Shown here one piece after another: positions 19,083-33,602 of a DNA stretch of 64,000 bases. The notes below the pieces were generated by a model. The model made no database searches and was not told the DNA's origin. It was given only the letters and a program-made list of their open reading frames with translations. The DNA comes from the human T2T-CHM13v2.0 reference genome, Homo sapiens, in the NCBI RefSeq assembly GCF_009914755.1, contig NC_060946.1. One strand, 5' to 3'. Each line of letters opens with the position of its first letter. Within the stretch, counting starts at the first letter, position 1. A program made the position numbers and the translations under genes.

Positions 19083-19130
19083 ATGCCCGGCCGCGCCCGC
19101 CCTCCGCGCCCTCCCGCCGCAGGACCATGA
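19083..19130 (+). other. uORF2 (15 aa) whose stop overlaps the ZNRF3 start codon
   Basis: ATG 19083 (A at -3) encodes MPGRARPPRPPAAGP; TGA 19128-19130 overlaps ATG 19127-19129. Confidence 0.7.
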
Positions 19131-19426
19131 GGCCGCGCTCGGGCGGGCGCCCAGGGGCCACGGGCCGCCGCCGCCGCCGCCTGCGCCGCCGCCCCCGCGG
19201 CCTCCGGTGCAGCCGCCTGCCGCCGCCGCCGCCGCTGCCGCTGCTGCTCGGGCTGCTGCTGGCGGCCGCGGGGCCCGGCGCGGCGCGGGCCAAGGAGACG
19301 GCGTTCGTGGAGGTGGTGCTGTTCGAGTCGAGCCCAAGCGGCGATTACACCACCTACACCACTGGCCTCACGGGCCGCTTCTCGCGGGCCGGGGCCACGC
19401 TCAGCGCCGAGGGCGAGATCGTGCAG
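19127..19426 (+). CDS. ZNRF3: ZNRF3 coding exon 1 (aa 1-100: long signal peptide and start of the extracellular PA domain)
   Basis: Translates to MRPRSGGRPGATGRRRRRLRRRPRGLRCSRLPPPPPLPLLLGLLLAAAGPGAARAKETAFVEVVLFESSPSGDYTTYTTGLTGRFSRAGATLSAEGEIVQ, which I recognise as the ZNRF3 N-terminus. Start context GGACCATGA; ends at CAG|GTAGCT after exactly 300 nt (phase 0). Confidence 0.97.
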
Positions 19427-21998
19427 GTAGCTGCCCGCCGCCCGGGCCCCGCGCCGCCTCCGCCACAAGATGGCTCCGGGGGCTGCGCCCGCCGACCCCG
19501 CCGCGGGCTGCCTGACTGGCGGGCGGGCGGGAGGGGTGGCCGAGAGGCCGGCGGCATCCCTCCCCTGCGGGCGGGCAGGCGGGCGGGACGCGGCCTCCGG
19601 GGCGCATCCGCGGGGGGCGAGCGCACGTGGGGGCTAGAGCTCCTGTGAACCCCGGGGCGGGAGGGGCATCCTGGGCCCGGCACCCATGCTGGGGCAGCCC
19701 CCTTGGCCGGTTGGGTATTTAGGTCTGCCTCAGGTGGAAGTCCCGGGAACTACCTGTTGAATGCCAACTTTGAAAAGACAAGTGATGAGGGATGGGGTGG
19801 CTCGTTTCAGGTTGCAGGCTTTGCTTTTCCATCCATGCATGTTCTTTTTGGGTGCGGCCAGGTTTGTCTGAAGGGCTGCACAACGTCGGGTTCTTCCCCG
19901 GAACCTGCCGTCCGCCTCACCTGGGCGCCGGTGACCCTTCTGCGGGGCTCTGGACAAGCAGCAGCAGGCAGGGGAGGAGGCGGAGCTGGTCGAGGAGTGG
20001 GGATCGGGGGTTCCCTGGAGTGGCGATGGAAGGCAGCCCTCGCTGCATGCTTCACATTACAGAGGGTGGGAGGGATACCGCCTGCCCGTCCCTCGGCCAA
20101 AGACTGATGCGAAGGACCTGCAAATGGGGAGATGGCGTATCTCACTGACAGGACCTCCACCTTGGACCAAATGAAAGAGATCTACATTCCAAAGGAAACT
20201 GGCTAGGGAGACCTTTAAGCCGTGCCTACTCTTTGGAGGAGGGACTCTCAACTGAAGCTTCTGCGGATGGTTAGCTGGGTGGATGTCTTCCCGCTTCCTT
20301 GGCCGTGATTTTATCAACTTGTTACTAGACAGCCAGCGCACTAATAATGGCAGTTAATATGCGCGCCTCGGATGGGGGCGATTCGTAAAGGTTGGCTTGT
20401 CTTTGAATCTTTGGGGTGATCGGATGTCTGCAGGGCCTAAGCTTTGTGGGCCTTCTGTGCTTTACTCTTGGGTGAGTTATGAATGAAAAGAAGGGGACTC
20501 CATGGAATGATTGCATAGCAGCCCGCAGCGTAGACAGCCTGTTCCGTGGTGTCCTTTTCCTTCCTTGGGTGCAGACTCAAAGCCCTGCCTTCATAGGACA
20601 GGGAGAGCTGTGCAGCTTGACTCCGTAGAGGTGTGCCCTTACAAAGCTGGAGGAGGTACCCAGGCCCATGCGATTAATCAGCAGCATTGCCTTACCGGGC
20701 TCTTATCCCCATCCGAAAACTTCTGTAGGGTAAATAGAAGAGGAAACTCCTTCATTGAGCCCTTTGACTATCTATGTTAATGCTTTTGGACTTAAAAAAA
20801 GTTGTAATTATGATCTTTATAAGTTTTAGAGATGATGCTTTGCTGAAGATTCCTAAACATTTAAGTCTTGCTCCTTGGCAACTTCTTGTCTTTCTTTGAG
20901 GCTTTCATTGTGTCCTGATGGTTTTAGAAATGTTTGATTTACAGCCTTCTAAAAAAAAAAAAAAAAAAAAAAAAGACGCTCTAGCGTGGCACTTGACTTT
21001 TTGAAGGAGACTTTTGAAGTTTGCAGTTTTTATCTGCAATGTTTTAACGTGTCACTCTTTCTCAACAGTAGTTTGTCTGGTAAGCGAGCTATCCATTATG
21101 AGGAGTGTTATGCTTTGGAGATAATCTTGGGTTCACCATTTAATACAAAATTAGCAGTTTAAACACCATTTGTAACTATTTTATCCTTGTGAGTAGAGAG
21201 ATAATATGTGAATTTGGCAGAAGGAATCTATTCTCTTCTGAAACTTTTTGAAGTGCTTATCTAACTCTTTTGTAGTCCATTAGCCTAGCCAAAAAAAAAA
21301 AAAGTCAATAGTTGCTAAGTAAAGTGACTTAAATGGTATTTAATAAGTTTACTTGTTAAGCAATCACTAATAGGTGTCCTTAATTCCCTTATAGCTGCAG
21401 TAATGTTGGTGAGTTTATCTGAGCTGTCTGAATAGTCATTTCATGGTGCACCTCGTATCTTTAGTAACTTTATTGTGGTAGCTGACTTGTTGAACCTCCC
21501 TGTTTCTGCGGACAGAGTGCAGTGTGGCTTTCAGGGATGTGTGTGTACAAAGGCTAGCATGCTTTTATGAGTTCTGCAAATACTGTTTGATTGAAGGAAT
21601 TGGTGTGGACCTTGTCTGGCAGCCCTGAAAAAGTTTTTTGTAAGGAAGGCTGATGATGTTTTAGGGCCGCTGAGAGGGAATATAACATTTTCTTTTGGTG
21701 AGAAATGAGAAAGCAGAAGGAATAAATTGCTGTCCAGCTTTGGATTAATCATGTTTTCTAAGTAACCTGAACTTTTCAAAACCTCCTTTTATTTACTGTC
21801 TTTAAATAAACCTCCTTTTGTTTACTATCTTGAAAAACCTTTATAAGCTTTAGAGATGATGCTATGCTGAAGATTCCCAAACATTTTATCCACAGTCTTC
21901 AAGAATAGTTTGAATCTTAACTCTTGCTCATTGTAACTTCTTGTCTTTCTTTGAGGCTTTCACTGTGCCCTGGTGACACAGTCTCATTGAACTTTTCA

Positions 21999-22367
<369 letters not shown>

Positions 22368-22578
22368 TCAGAGCAGAGTTCATTTTCCTATAACTAAAGC
22401 TAAATAGTAGCACTATAGCATTGCTTTTGTTATTTCCACTGGGGTTCTGTAGCAGTTTTATTTATTCATGGTTTAGGGGAGAAAAAACCTGTTTAGGAGT
22501 GTCACCTTTAAGAATTCTAAGATAAGGAATTCGTTTGTATTACTGATTTTTAACCCCCCTCCTTATTATATGCCAACG

Positions 22579-22587
22579 AAGAGAGAG

Positions 22588-22624
<37 letters not shown>
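22579..22624 (+). repeat. (GA)n(GT)n microsatellite
   Basis: Directly visible. Confidence 0.93.
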
Positions 22625-22627
<3 letters not shown>

Positions 22628-24188
22628 CATATATTTGTATAGTAGATACCTTATCATAGTCTGGTTTGCCTAGATAATTCTAACTAGAGTACCTGTTCAG
22701 TCATTTCCATGGGTTAGGGTAGGGGAAGCCTAGTTAAGAATTGTGTCAGTTTGTCAGTGTCAGAGAGAGAGAGAGAGTGCAAGAGGGAGGGAGGTAGTAA
22801 TTCAAACCTTAGGATTCGTCATCAGGAATCTTGGTTCTTCTCCTTTGCGTTTTAGGCTTAAATAACTATCCCAAGGTCACCAGTGTAATCTGAATGAAGA
22901 ATTTTTTTTTTAATGTCTCCATCTGTGAAAGTTGTGGTGAAAACAATTTGTGGGTATGAAATGCTATTAGTTACTTTTATTATCTTATGTATTTATGCAG
23001 TATTAAAGCCTGTTTGCTTGTAAGAGTGTCAGGCATACAGTTTGAATGCTGGAGAAATTAATTACACTTCTCCTGTAGTTCTGAAGTGTGGGACTTTAAA
23101 GGGTTCTTAGATATATTGATATATATTTCATCTTTGAACCAATTTGTTGCTGTTAATGAGATCATTATCTGAAACTTTCAGACTTGGCTGTGCAACTCAC
23201 ATGGTTGGTGATGTTAAATAAAGGCCCGATTAAACACCGGCTAGTGGTATGTGGATTGGTTAAACAAAGAAAATTTGCATTGCTAGAGATGAAAGATTGT
23301 TTTAAAGTCGAAATGCATTTTTTTTTTGCTTGAAGTCAAATATTTAGAAAAGCTTGAGAAATTCATTTGTAGAAGGAATCTGAATGACAGGTTCTGTGTA
23401 ACTTTAAATTCAGCCTTTCTGGGTCCTAGGTTAAATGCTGAATGGACTTGAAAACAGAGAGAAGCTGAGGACATTTAAGAACTAAGTCAGTTCCTTTAGC
23501 TATTAGGGGTGGGTAGAGAGCTGGGTGGTGGGTTAAAAGGGCTGATCAAGGTCCTTAAATATCCGATGTTAAGTAAAGGTATCACAGAGAGTAATTTTAG
23601 GAAACTAATTCCTCTGCTTTGTTTCCCTGTCAGTGTGCTTCTGCAGTTTAGCATTTGATCAAACACTTTCTTTTCATCTCCATTTTAAGTTAACTTAACA
23701 GGCCTGCCTCTAAAAATTGACTTGGTCTAATAGAACAATTGTGTGCTGACAGCTGACCTGGATTTAGACAGAAAGGGATTGCCTACTGTCTTCTCAGATG
23801 GGCCTTCATAGGTTAAAACCAAGCATTTGATTCAGGGGGAAAACTGGGGCTGTATTTTGTGATGTTATACATTCTTAGAGCCCCTTATTTTCTGTTTTGT
23901 TCCCTGAGATCTCATGGGAGTTACTAGTACAATTCTGAATAGGAATGAAATTGGAGTTCAGTGTAGAGCTGTAGATTAAAGGGAAAGTAGTGATGGTTTC
24001 CTCTTATTTATACAGAGCACTGCCAAGCATGTCATGTTTTGGTTCTTCTCATCCTGACACTAACATGCAATTAGCAACTATTGTTAATCCATTTTACAGA
24101 GGAGAAAAACTGAGGCTGAGAGAAGCAAGTTGAGTTCTCTAACTTCACATGGCTAGCAGATGACAAACCTGGATTGAAACCCAGGTCT

Positions 24189-24539
<351 letters not shown>

Positions 24540-25571
24540 TTAGGATTTTGACATTAATTCAAGTCTAATTTTGAACAACATATAATATAGGGGTTCTTAA
24601 CCTGAGGGTCACAGACTTTCAGAGATAGTCCATGAACTCCTGCAAGTGTATGCGTATTCTTGTCTATGGGCAGTTACAACTTTGCCTCTTCCAGGGTTCT
24701 GTGATGTGTCCCCTCTATACCCACAAGGAAAAGGGGAAACTCTAATCTAGTAGAGCATTGAATAATCCATTACCAAGAGTTTGAGTGGGGTTCAGGCTGA
24801 CAAGAGTTGTACGGAAGTCTACAGGTCTGGGTGCCTCCATTGAACATATTTATTTTGTAGACATCTATCACAGCCCTATTCTGTACCAGACACTGTATTG
24901 CTGTTGTCTTCTGGAGTTCAGTCTCCTATGGAGACAGACACATGCATGGATAAATGATAATTCTTACCAAATGGGTTTCTCCACCGAACTGAGCCCTTAG
25001 GCCCTGAGGCATCCATTGTCTATAATGAATTAACTTCCCTCCTGTGCACTGCGCAGCATCCTTGGGAGAAGAGAGAATATAGTCACTCAAAGACTTTTCT
25101 GCATTTACATGGCAAAGTGTAAGAACTTGACACTCTGAATGCAGGATGTGGGAAAGCAGAGTATAGTTCCGTTTCATAGTTCATTGAAAAATGAAACGGA
25201 GCACCTGTCGCTGTTGAAATGCCTGAAGAGTAGCTTCTCACACCTTCCCTTGTGGACCTGGACCCCATGGGGTCTGTTTTTGCTCATTTCTGGATCGACC
25301 CCCTGGGTTCCCACTGCCTGCTATGCATGAGGCACTCAGTATTGAATGAATAAATGATGGAGAGTGGACATCAGGCAGGCAGTGGGTTTTATGGATTATT
25401 TATGCTTTAATTGATGAGAACAACTTGCTTTGGCTTGGCTAATAAATTCTGGGATTATCCTTCCTTTTTGATTGTTATTTCCAGAAACTTGCTTGGATGG
25501 AAAGGATAGCTCTCTCTCTGGTTCCCATAGACCCACTGGTATTATAATACTGGGTTGTATGAAAGTGATCT

Positions 25572-26046
<475 letters not shown>

Positions 26047-26102
26047 TCAGTATCATCGTTAACCTAAATATATGCCATGTGAAAAACTTTGCTGCTTGCT
26101 TG

Positions 26103-26408
26103 CTTTCTCTCTCTCTCTCTTTTTTTTTTTGTCAGGGTCTCACCATGTTGCCCAGGCTAGAGCACAGTGGTAAGATCATGGCTCAGTGTACTCTTGGACT
26201 CCTGGGCTCAGGCAGTTCTCAGGCCTCAGCTTCCCCAGTTGCTAGAATTACAGGTGTATGCCACCATACCGAGCTAATTTTTTATTTTTTGTAGGTATAG
26301 GGTCTCGTTATGTTGCCTAGGCCGGTCTTGCACTCCTGGCCTCAAGTGATCCTCCTGCCTTGGCCTCCCAGTGCTCTGGGATTACAGGTGAGAGCCACCA
26401 TATCTGGT
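26103..26408 (-). mobile_element. Alu (AluJ-like)
   Basis: Diverged reverse consensus. Confidence 0.88.
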
Positions 26409-26829
26409 CAGAACTTTGCTTCTTGATGGTATTTTCCCAAGTCTGGAGAGTTTGGATTTCTAATTTGTGACATTTAAGTAAATCTTCATAATCAAAAGAA
26501 CCAGATTCAGTCCTTTAATGTGTTAGAAAGGAGACTGAAATCCAGAGAAATGCTTTGCTGAAGTCCACATAAGGTAGAGATGACCCAGGATTAATATTTG
26601 GGTCCCCTGACTCCCAGGCTTGGAGCCCTTCTGTTACCCCCGGCTGTAGCCTGGCTGAGTGTGACAGGGGACACCAGATGCAGGGCATGCTTTATGATCA
26701 GATGTATAATTGAGGAAAGCCAGGCATTCTTAAATTGTATATTGGGTTTAAGTGGTTGCTTTTCTTCTCTAATTAATTTAGATTTTGAGTCTCTCAGTCT
26801 TCCTCCCTGTCAGAGCTTTTAAAAATAGC

Positions 26830-27000
26830 TACTAATGATCAAGTGCTTATTGTGTGCCAGGCACTGGGCACAGTGCTTTGCTCACATTTAACAGACAAGG
26901 TAGATGGCATGTGCCAGAGAGGTAAAGTCACTTGTCAAAGTCACTGAGCAAGTCATTAGTGCAGCTGAGGTTCAAATCCTGGTCTGTCTGATTCTAAGCC
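26830..27000 (-). mobile_element. MIR fragment
   Basis: tgtgtgccaggcactg...agagaggtaaagtcacttgtcaaagtcac...ttcaaatcctggtctgtctgattct. Confidence 0.65.
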
Positions 27001-28239
27001 ATTTCTGTTTTCACAAGCCCGCTTCACTTCACACTTTCTTATGATGAGGTTATGGGAACTGATGTGGAATTTAGAGTTGAGTTTAAACCCAAAATGATTG
27101 ACCAAGAAATAAGTCTATAACGTCAACTGAGAAAATCCCCTATCCTCACAAAGATGTATTTCCTTCCTTTCTTTTCCTCTGCTTTTTTTAAATCACAAAA
27201 GTCTCATTCTAACTTAGTTTTTTCCATAAAGAGCCAATCTACCAGGTTCACAAAGAGGGACCAGTGACTTGACATATATAACTGTCACTCGATGGCACTT
27301 CTGTTGTTTTCAGCTATTGGGCAAGCTGGAATGGCTGTAGTTTTCTGGCATTTAAAGGGATTTCTGGTGTGAGACACACCTCCTTCCTGTGGCTGACTTT
27401 TATAGCAATTTGGGAGTCTGCATGTCTTTCTCCAAAGAGGTCACGTCCCATGTTTGTGACCTTTCTTACTTTGCACAGGCTCATTGAATCCTCTTGGTTG
27501 TTAAAACTTACCACGAGTGCTACATGCCTCAGTGGGCAAACATTCAGTGGTGCCCCCCGTCCATCAGATCCTTTGTGGGGCAAGGCAATGAACACAAGAG
27601 TAAGACTTGGTCCCTGCCTGCAGGCAGCTGAGTGTAGGTGTCCAGACAGCACACGAACGGTTACCTTACAGTACAGTGGGGCATGTCCTATCTGGTAGGA
27701 AACAGCCTATAGGATACTGAAGAACACCTGGGGGAGGGAATCGGGCCCTGGTGCTAAGTTTAGACCTGTCTGTCACTGTATGAGCATTCTGGCCTTTTCC
27801 AACTCATTTTTACCTACCTTTGAGGTTAAAGCTGATAACCTCTTTGAAGAGAGGTGCCTTTATACCTTTCTAACGGAATAGGAAGGAGGTAGAGAGTAGA
27901 GGTTCTTTGTTCTATTTGTAGCTTGAATGAGATGTTTTAAAATCTGACTTTCAGTGGCTCTGTTTACTCATGATAGTGTCAAAAGAATAAGGTCAGCTGG
28001 CCCATTGTGGTTCAAAGGAGAGCACTTTATTTTTATTGCCCTTAAGATGTGTTGTAAGACTTGATATTAATTTCCTCCTCTCCCCAGCAGCCAGTGTAAT
28101 ATAGTTGTTTAGAAACTCAGTATAGAGTTTGATTCTGTGAAAACGAAGTTTGATCCTAGAATTTTGATGGGAAAACGTATGTTAGAATGGGGACTTCTGG
28201 CCTCCTGGTGCAGAAGTGCCTGCATTTAAAAAATAAAAG

Positions 28240-28618
<379 letters not shown>

Positions 28619-28763
28619 TTAATTTTCTACTTGAGTTAATTTGGCTTTGCTATCTTGTCAGCAAACATTTATTGAATGTTTACTGTAGATACCGTATAGA
28701 GAAGAAACATAGGTTTTATGCACCCGTGGTATAATTTGTGCTTTTCAAATGTTATTTTTCTGA

Positions 28764-29196
<433 letters not shown>

Positions 29197-29332
29197 TAAG
29201 TGATATAAACATTTTTGAGGCTTTTGCTACATATTTTTAGATTGCTCTACAGGAGTGGTCTAGTTTATACACCCCTACCAGGTCGCCATGTATGTTTCTA
29301 CACAATAGCCCTGCTCGCAACAGATAGTATAT

Positions 29333-29605
29333 TTTGCTCTGTTGCCCAGGCTGGAGTGCAGTGGCGCAATCTTTCTTGGCTCACTGCAGCTTGAAATCTC
29401 AGGCTCACAAGTGATCCTTCCGCCTCAGCCTCCCAAGTAACTGGGACTACAGGCATGCACCACCATGCCTGGCTAATTTTTTTTTTTTTTTGTAGAGATG
29501 GGTTTTTGCCATATTGCCAAGGTTGGTCTCAAACTCCAGGGCTCAAGTGATCCACCCACCTTGGTCTCCCAAAGTGCTGAGACTATAGGCGTGAGCCACT
29601 GTGAC
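29333..29605 (-). mobile_element. Alu lacking its tail
   Basis: Reverse consensus. Confidence 0.88.
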
Positions 29606-30751
29606 CCACTGTATGTTTCTCAAAAATACAAAATGTCGTAAAAGTGAAAGTCTATATATTCCTATCATTTAGTAAATAGTAAAATACTGGCTTTTTTTTT
29701 TTTTTTTGTCTGCCATAAGGATCTGAATTATGACTAATGTCTGCACTGAAGGGAAGGTACCTGGCGTGGCATCTGGGTGCCTCCCTTGTAGGTGTATCAG
29801 AGCATGATTCAGGAGCAGCAGGTTGCCCTTGTATTCTGGGCAGGAACACGGCGTCTGTCCAGGCAGATGGCCATGCTCAGAGGCCTCACGGTGGGGACCG
29901 CTGTGCTGTCGTCACACCCTGTGGCAGCAGATTGTTGCCCAGGAGGGTGCTGCTTCAGTTGCTGGTTTCTGCCCTTCCTCTTTCCTGTCGAGCAGGCTTT
30001 CTGCTTCTGAACAGGCTGGATTCAGAAAGGCCGAATGAATCTGTCATTGAATTCATAGTGACACTGTCAGTTGGTGGTGGGCAGAGATGCAAGTTGAGCC
30101 CAAGCACCAGACTCTCAGGGGTGCATTTAAGCAGCAAGCATATAGGCTGAAAACAGCTTCCAGGTATTTTGTTCGATCGCTGTTAAAAATCTAGAAAGTG
30201 TACATAAAAATGGGCTCTTCTAAAAAAAAAATTAAAAGATCTGGCATCAGTGGGTCCACAGTCCCATGAGGCAATAGCCTGCCATAGTGGAGTGGCAGCT
30301 GCCCCCCTTCAGCAGGTACACAGGCCCTCCAGTCACAAGTCCTTATTGCATTGCCCAGCTTACTTCCCTCACTGACAGTTCCATTTACAGATGCCTGGCC
30401 CTGTAGACACTGTAGCTGGCCATCCTTTCTGTCTCTGGAAGTTCCAAAGTTGAAAGCTTTTAACTTGTGCTTGGCAAGTCTCTTTTCTCTCCTTCCCCAA
30501 CCAACCTGAGTGTGAGATGTCCATCAGTGGACCCCATGAGTCTCAAGTTATGCTACTGAGGAAGGCCCAGCTACCCTTGATGTGACCAGAGGGCTCTTTT
30601 TGCTTTGGTGTAGGTGTTGAAGGCTGAAGTCTGGAGCCATTGGCCTGTGCCTTCAGGATCTTTGCTCCTTCTCTCTTTTTGGCTCCATGGTTTCTCAACT
30701 CTGAGACTTAATTGTTTGTGCTGAAGGGCACCTTGAAAATGCTGTGACTCC

Positions 30752-31043
<292 letters not shown>

Positions 31044-31218
31044 TTAGCTCTCCTTTTGCAGTGAGGGAACTGTGGGCAAGGGCATCTAGCCTTTGGTCTT
31101 AAGAGCTGGGATTAGAACTCAGAACTTGGGGTTCTCGGGGGAGGGGTGGTCTTTCTAGAATGGCATTCTGCTGCGATGGTTGAATTCCAGAAAATCTTCC
31201 ATGTGCCTGTTGCTTTAG

Positions 31219-31917
<699 letters not shown>

Positions 31918-32281
31918 TGAGAATGCTTTTCTTTGTACCTAATTTGTATACTTTTCTTTAAATGCATTTGACATTGTGTGTTTAGCACCTTTATGGGATT
32001 TCTGGAATATCGCTGGGTACCTGGAGACTTGGCATCTTTTCAGAAAGTACATCAGTCTTGGAGTAGGTGGTGAGCAGACAGCTAATGGCATGTAAAGAAT
32101 GTTGCAAGCTTGACTTGCAAAGCTATTTCAAAATTTAAATAAAGGTAGCTTGTGGCTGAGTTGAAGGGAAATGGTGGTATCTTCAAGACAATGCTTGGCT
32201 TGCTCTGCCTCTTGCTGACTTCCCTCTTCAGGCCTGATGCTGCCCAAGCTGTTTCCCTGTCTCTCATTCTCTCTCTTTTGG

Positions 32282-32423
32282 TTTTTCTTTTTCTTTGTTT
32301 TTAAAAGAGACCAAGTCTCACTATGTTGCCTAGACTGGACTTGAACTCTTGGGCTCAAGCGATCCTTCCGTCTCAGCCTTCCGAGTAGCTGGGACTATGC
32401 AGGCATGTGCCACTGCAGTCGGC
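32282..32423 (-). mobile_element. Alu monomer (FLAM-like)
   Basis: Single reverse arm. Confidence 0.8.
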
Positions 32424-32661
32424 TCTCACATTCTCTTTCTTCCCATCAGTTCTTCCCTTCCCTTCAGATTCATCCTTCTAAAGTAGTGTTTGGTCACATC
32501 AGTCTCTTGATCAAAATCTTTCGTGGCCTCCTGTTGCTTACTACTGAGCTGTGTGAAGAGGTGACCTAGCTGCCCCAGTCTCTCATTGTTGCCTCCGGGC
32601 GTGGGCCTGTGTGTTGCTGTCCTTGTTCCTGAGTGGGTCCTGGGCTTTCCTCTCTCAGTGC

Positions 32662-32974
32662 TTTTCTTTCTTTTTTAGGGGGATCGGGGAGACAGAATCT
32701 CACTCTGTCACCCACCCAGGCTGGAGTACAGTGATGTGATCTCCGTTCACTGCAAACTCTGCCTCACGGGCTTAAGCAGCCCTCCTGCCTTAGCCTCTTG
32801 AGTAGCTGGGACCACAGAAATGCGCCACCACGCCCTGCTAATTTTTGTATTTTTAGTAGAGACATGGTTTCACCATGTTGCCCAGGCTAGTCTTGAACTC
32901 CTGAGCTCAAGCAATCCACCTGCCTCAACTCCCAAAGTGCTGGGATTACTGGCGTGAGCCACCGCACCTGGCCT
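32662..32974 (-). mobile_element. Alu
   Basis: Reverse consensus. Confidence 0.9.
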
Positions 32975-33299
32975 GTGCCTTTCCTTTTGGATTGCCTGCT
33001 GTAATACGTGTCTTCACCTCCACATTTTCAACTCCCGTCTTTGCTTTCCACTGTCTTTTTCCTGTCCTAGCTCCTCCCATCTGCAGCCAAACTTTCAGTC
33101 CTTCCCATGAAGCTTTTTCCTGGGTTCCACCAGTGTGTTCCTTTGAATCAGAGCACTCCATCTCCCTATTGTCTTGGATGTAAAACATGTAAATTATTTA
33201 CCGAACCGGAATTCTCCTAGATCACACTACTTTGGGATAGCATAGTGAGAGGGATGTGAAAGGGGTGTTAATGTGGCCTGCAGAAAAAAAGGCTTGGCT

Positions 33300-33602
<303 letters not shown>

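Larger units (their letters stand above)
18300..20100. promoter_or_regulatory. CpG island / ZNRF3 promoter and 5' UTR
   Basis: Very high GC and CpG density over exon 1 and flanks, no TATA box seen, and no Alu between ~17470 and ~22035. Edges approximate. Confidence 0.92.

Noticed and set aside
19040-19126. N-terminal extension of ZNRF3 from the GTG at 19040 in the ORF track
   Set aside because: Non-ATG start called by the ORF finder; the recognised protein begins at ATG 19127, and I have no evidence the GTG is used.
18192-19337. 381-aa antisense ORF and other overlapping ORFs across the CpG island
   Set aside because: Low-complexity Pro/Arg/Ala/Gly translations are expected where stop codons are scarce in very GC-rich DNA; no recognisable domain.
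22871-22879. CCAAGGTCA NR5A1/SF-1 motif, tempting given the adrenal role of ZNRF3
   Set aside because: A single 9-mer that is also part of the MIR consensus; no supporting cluster.
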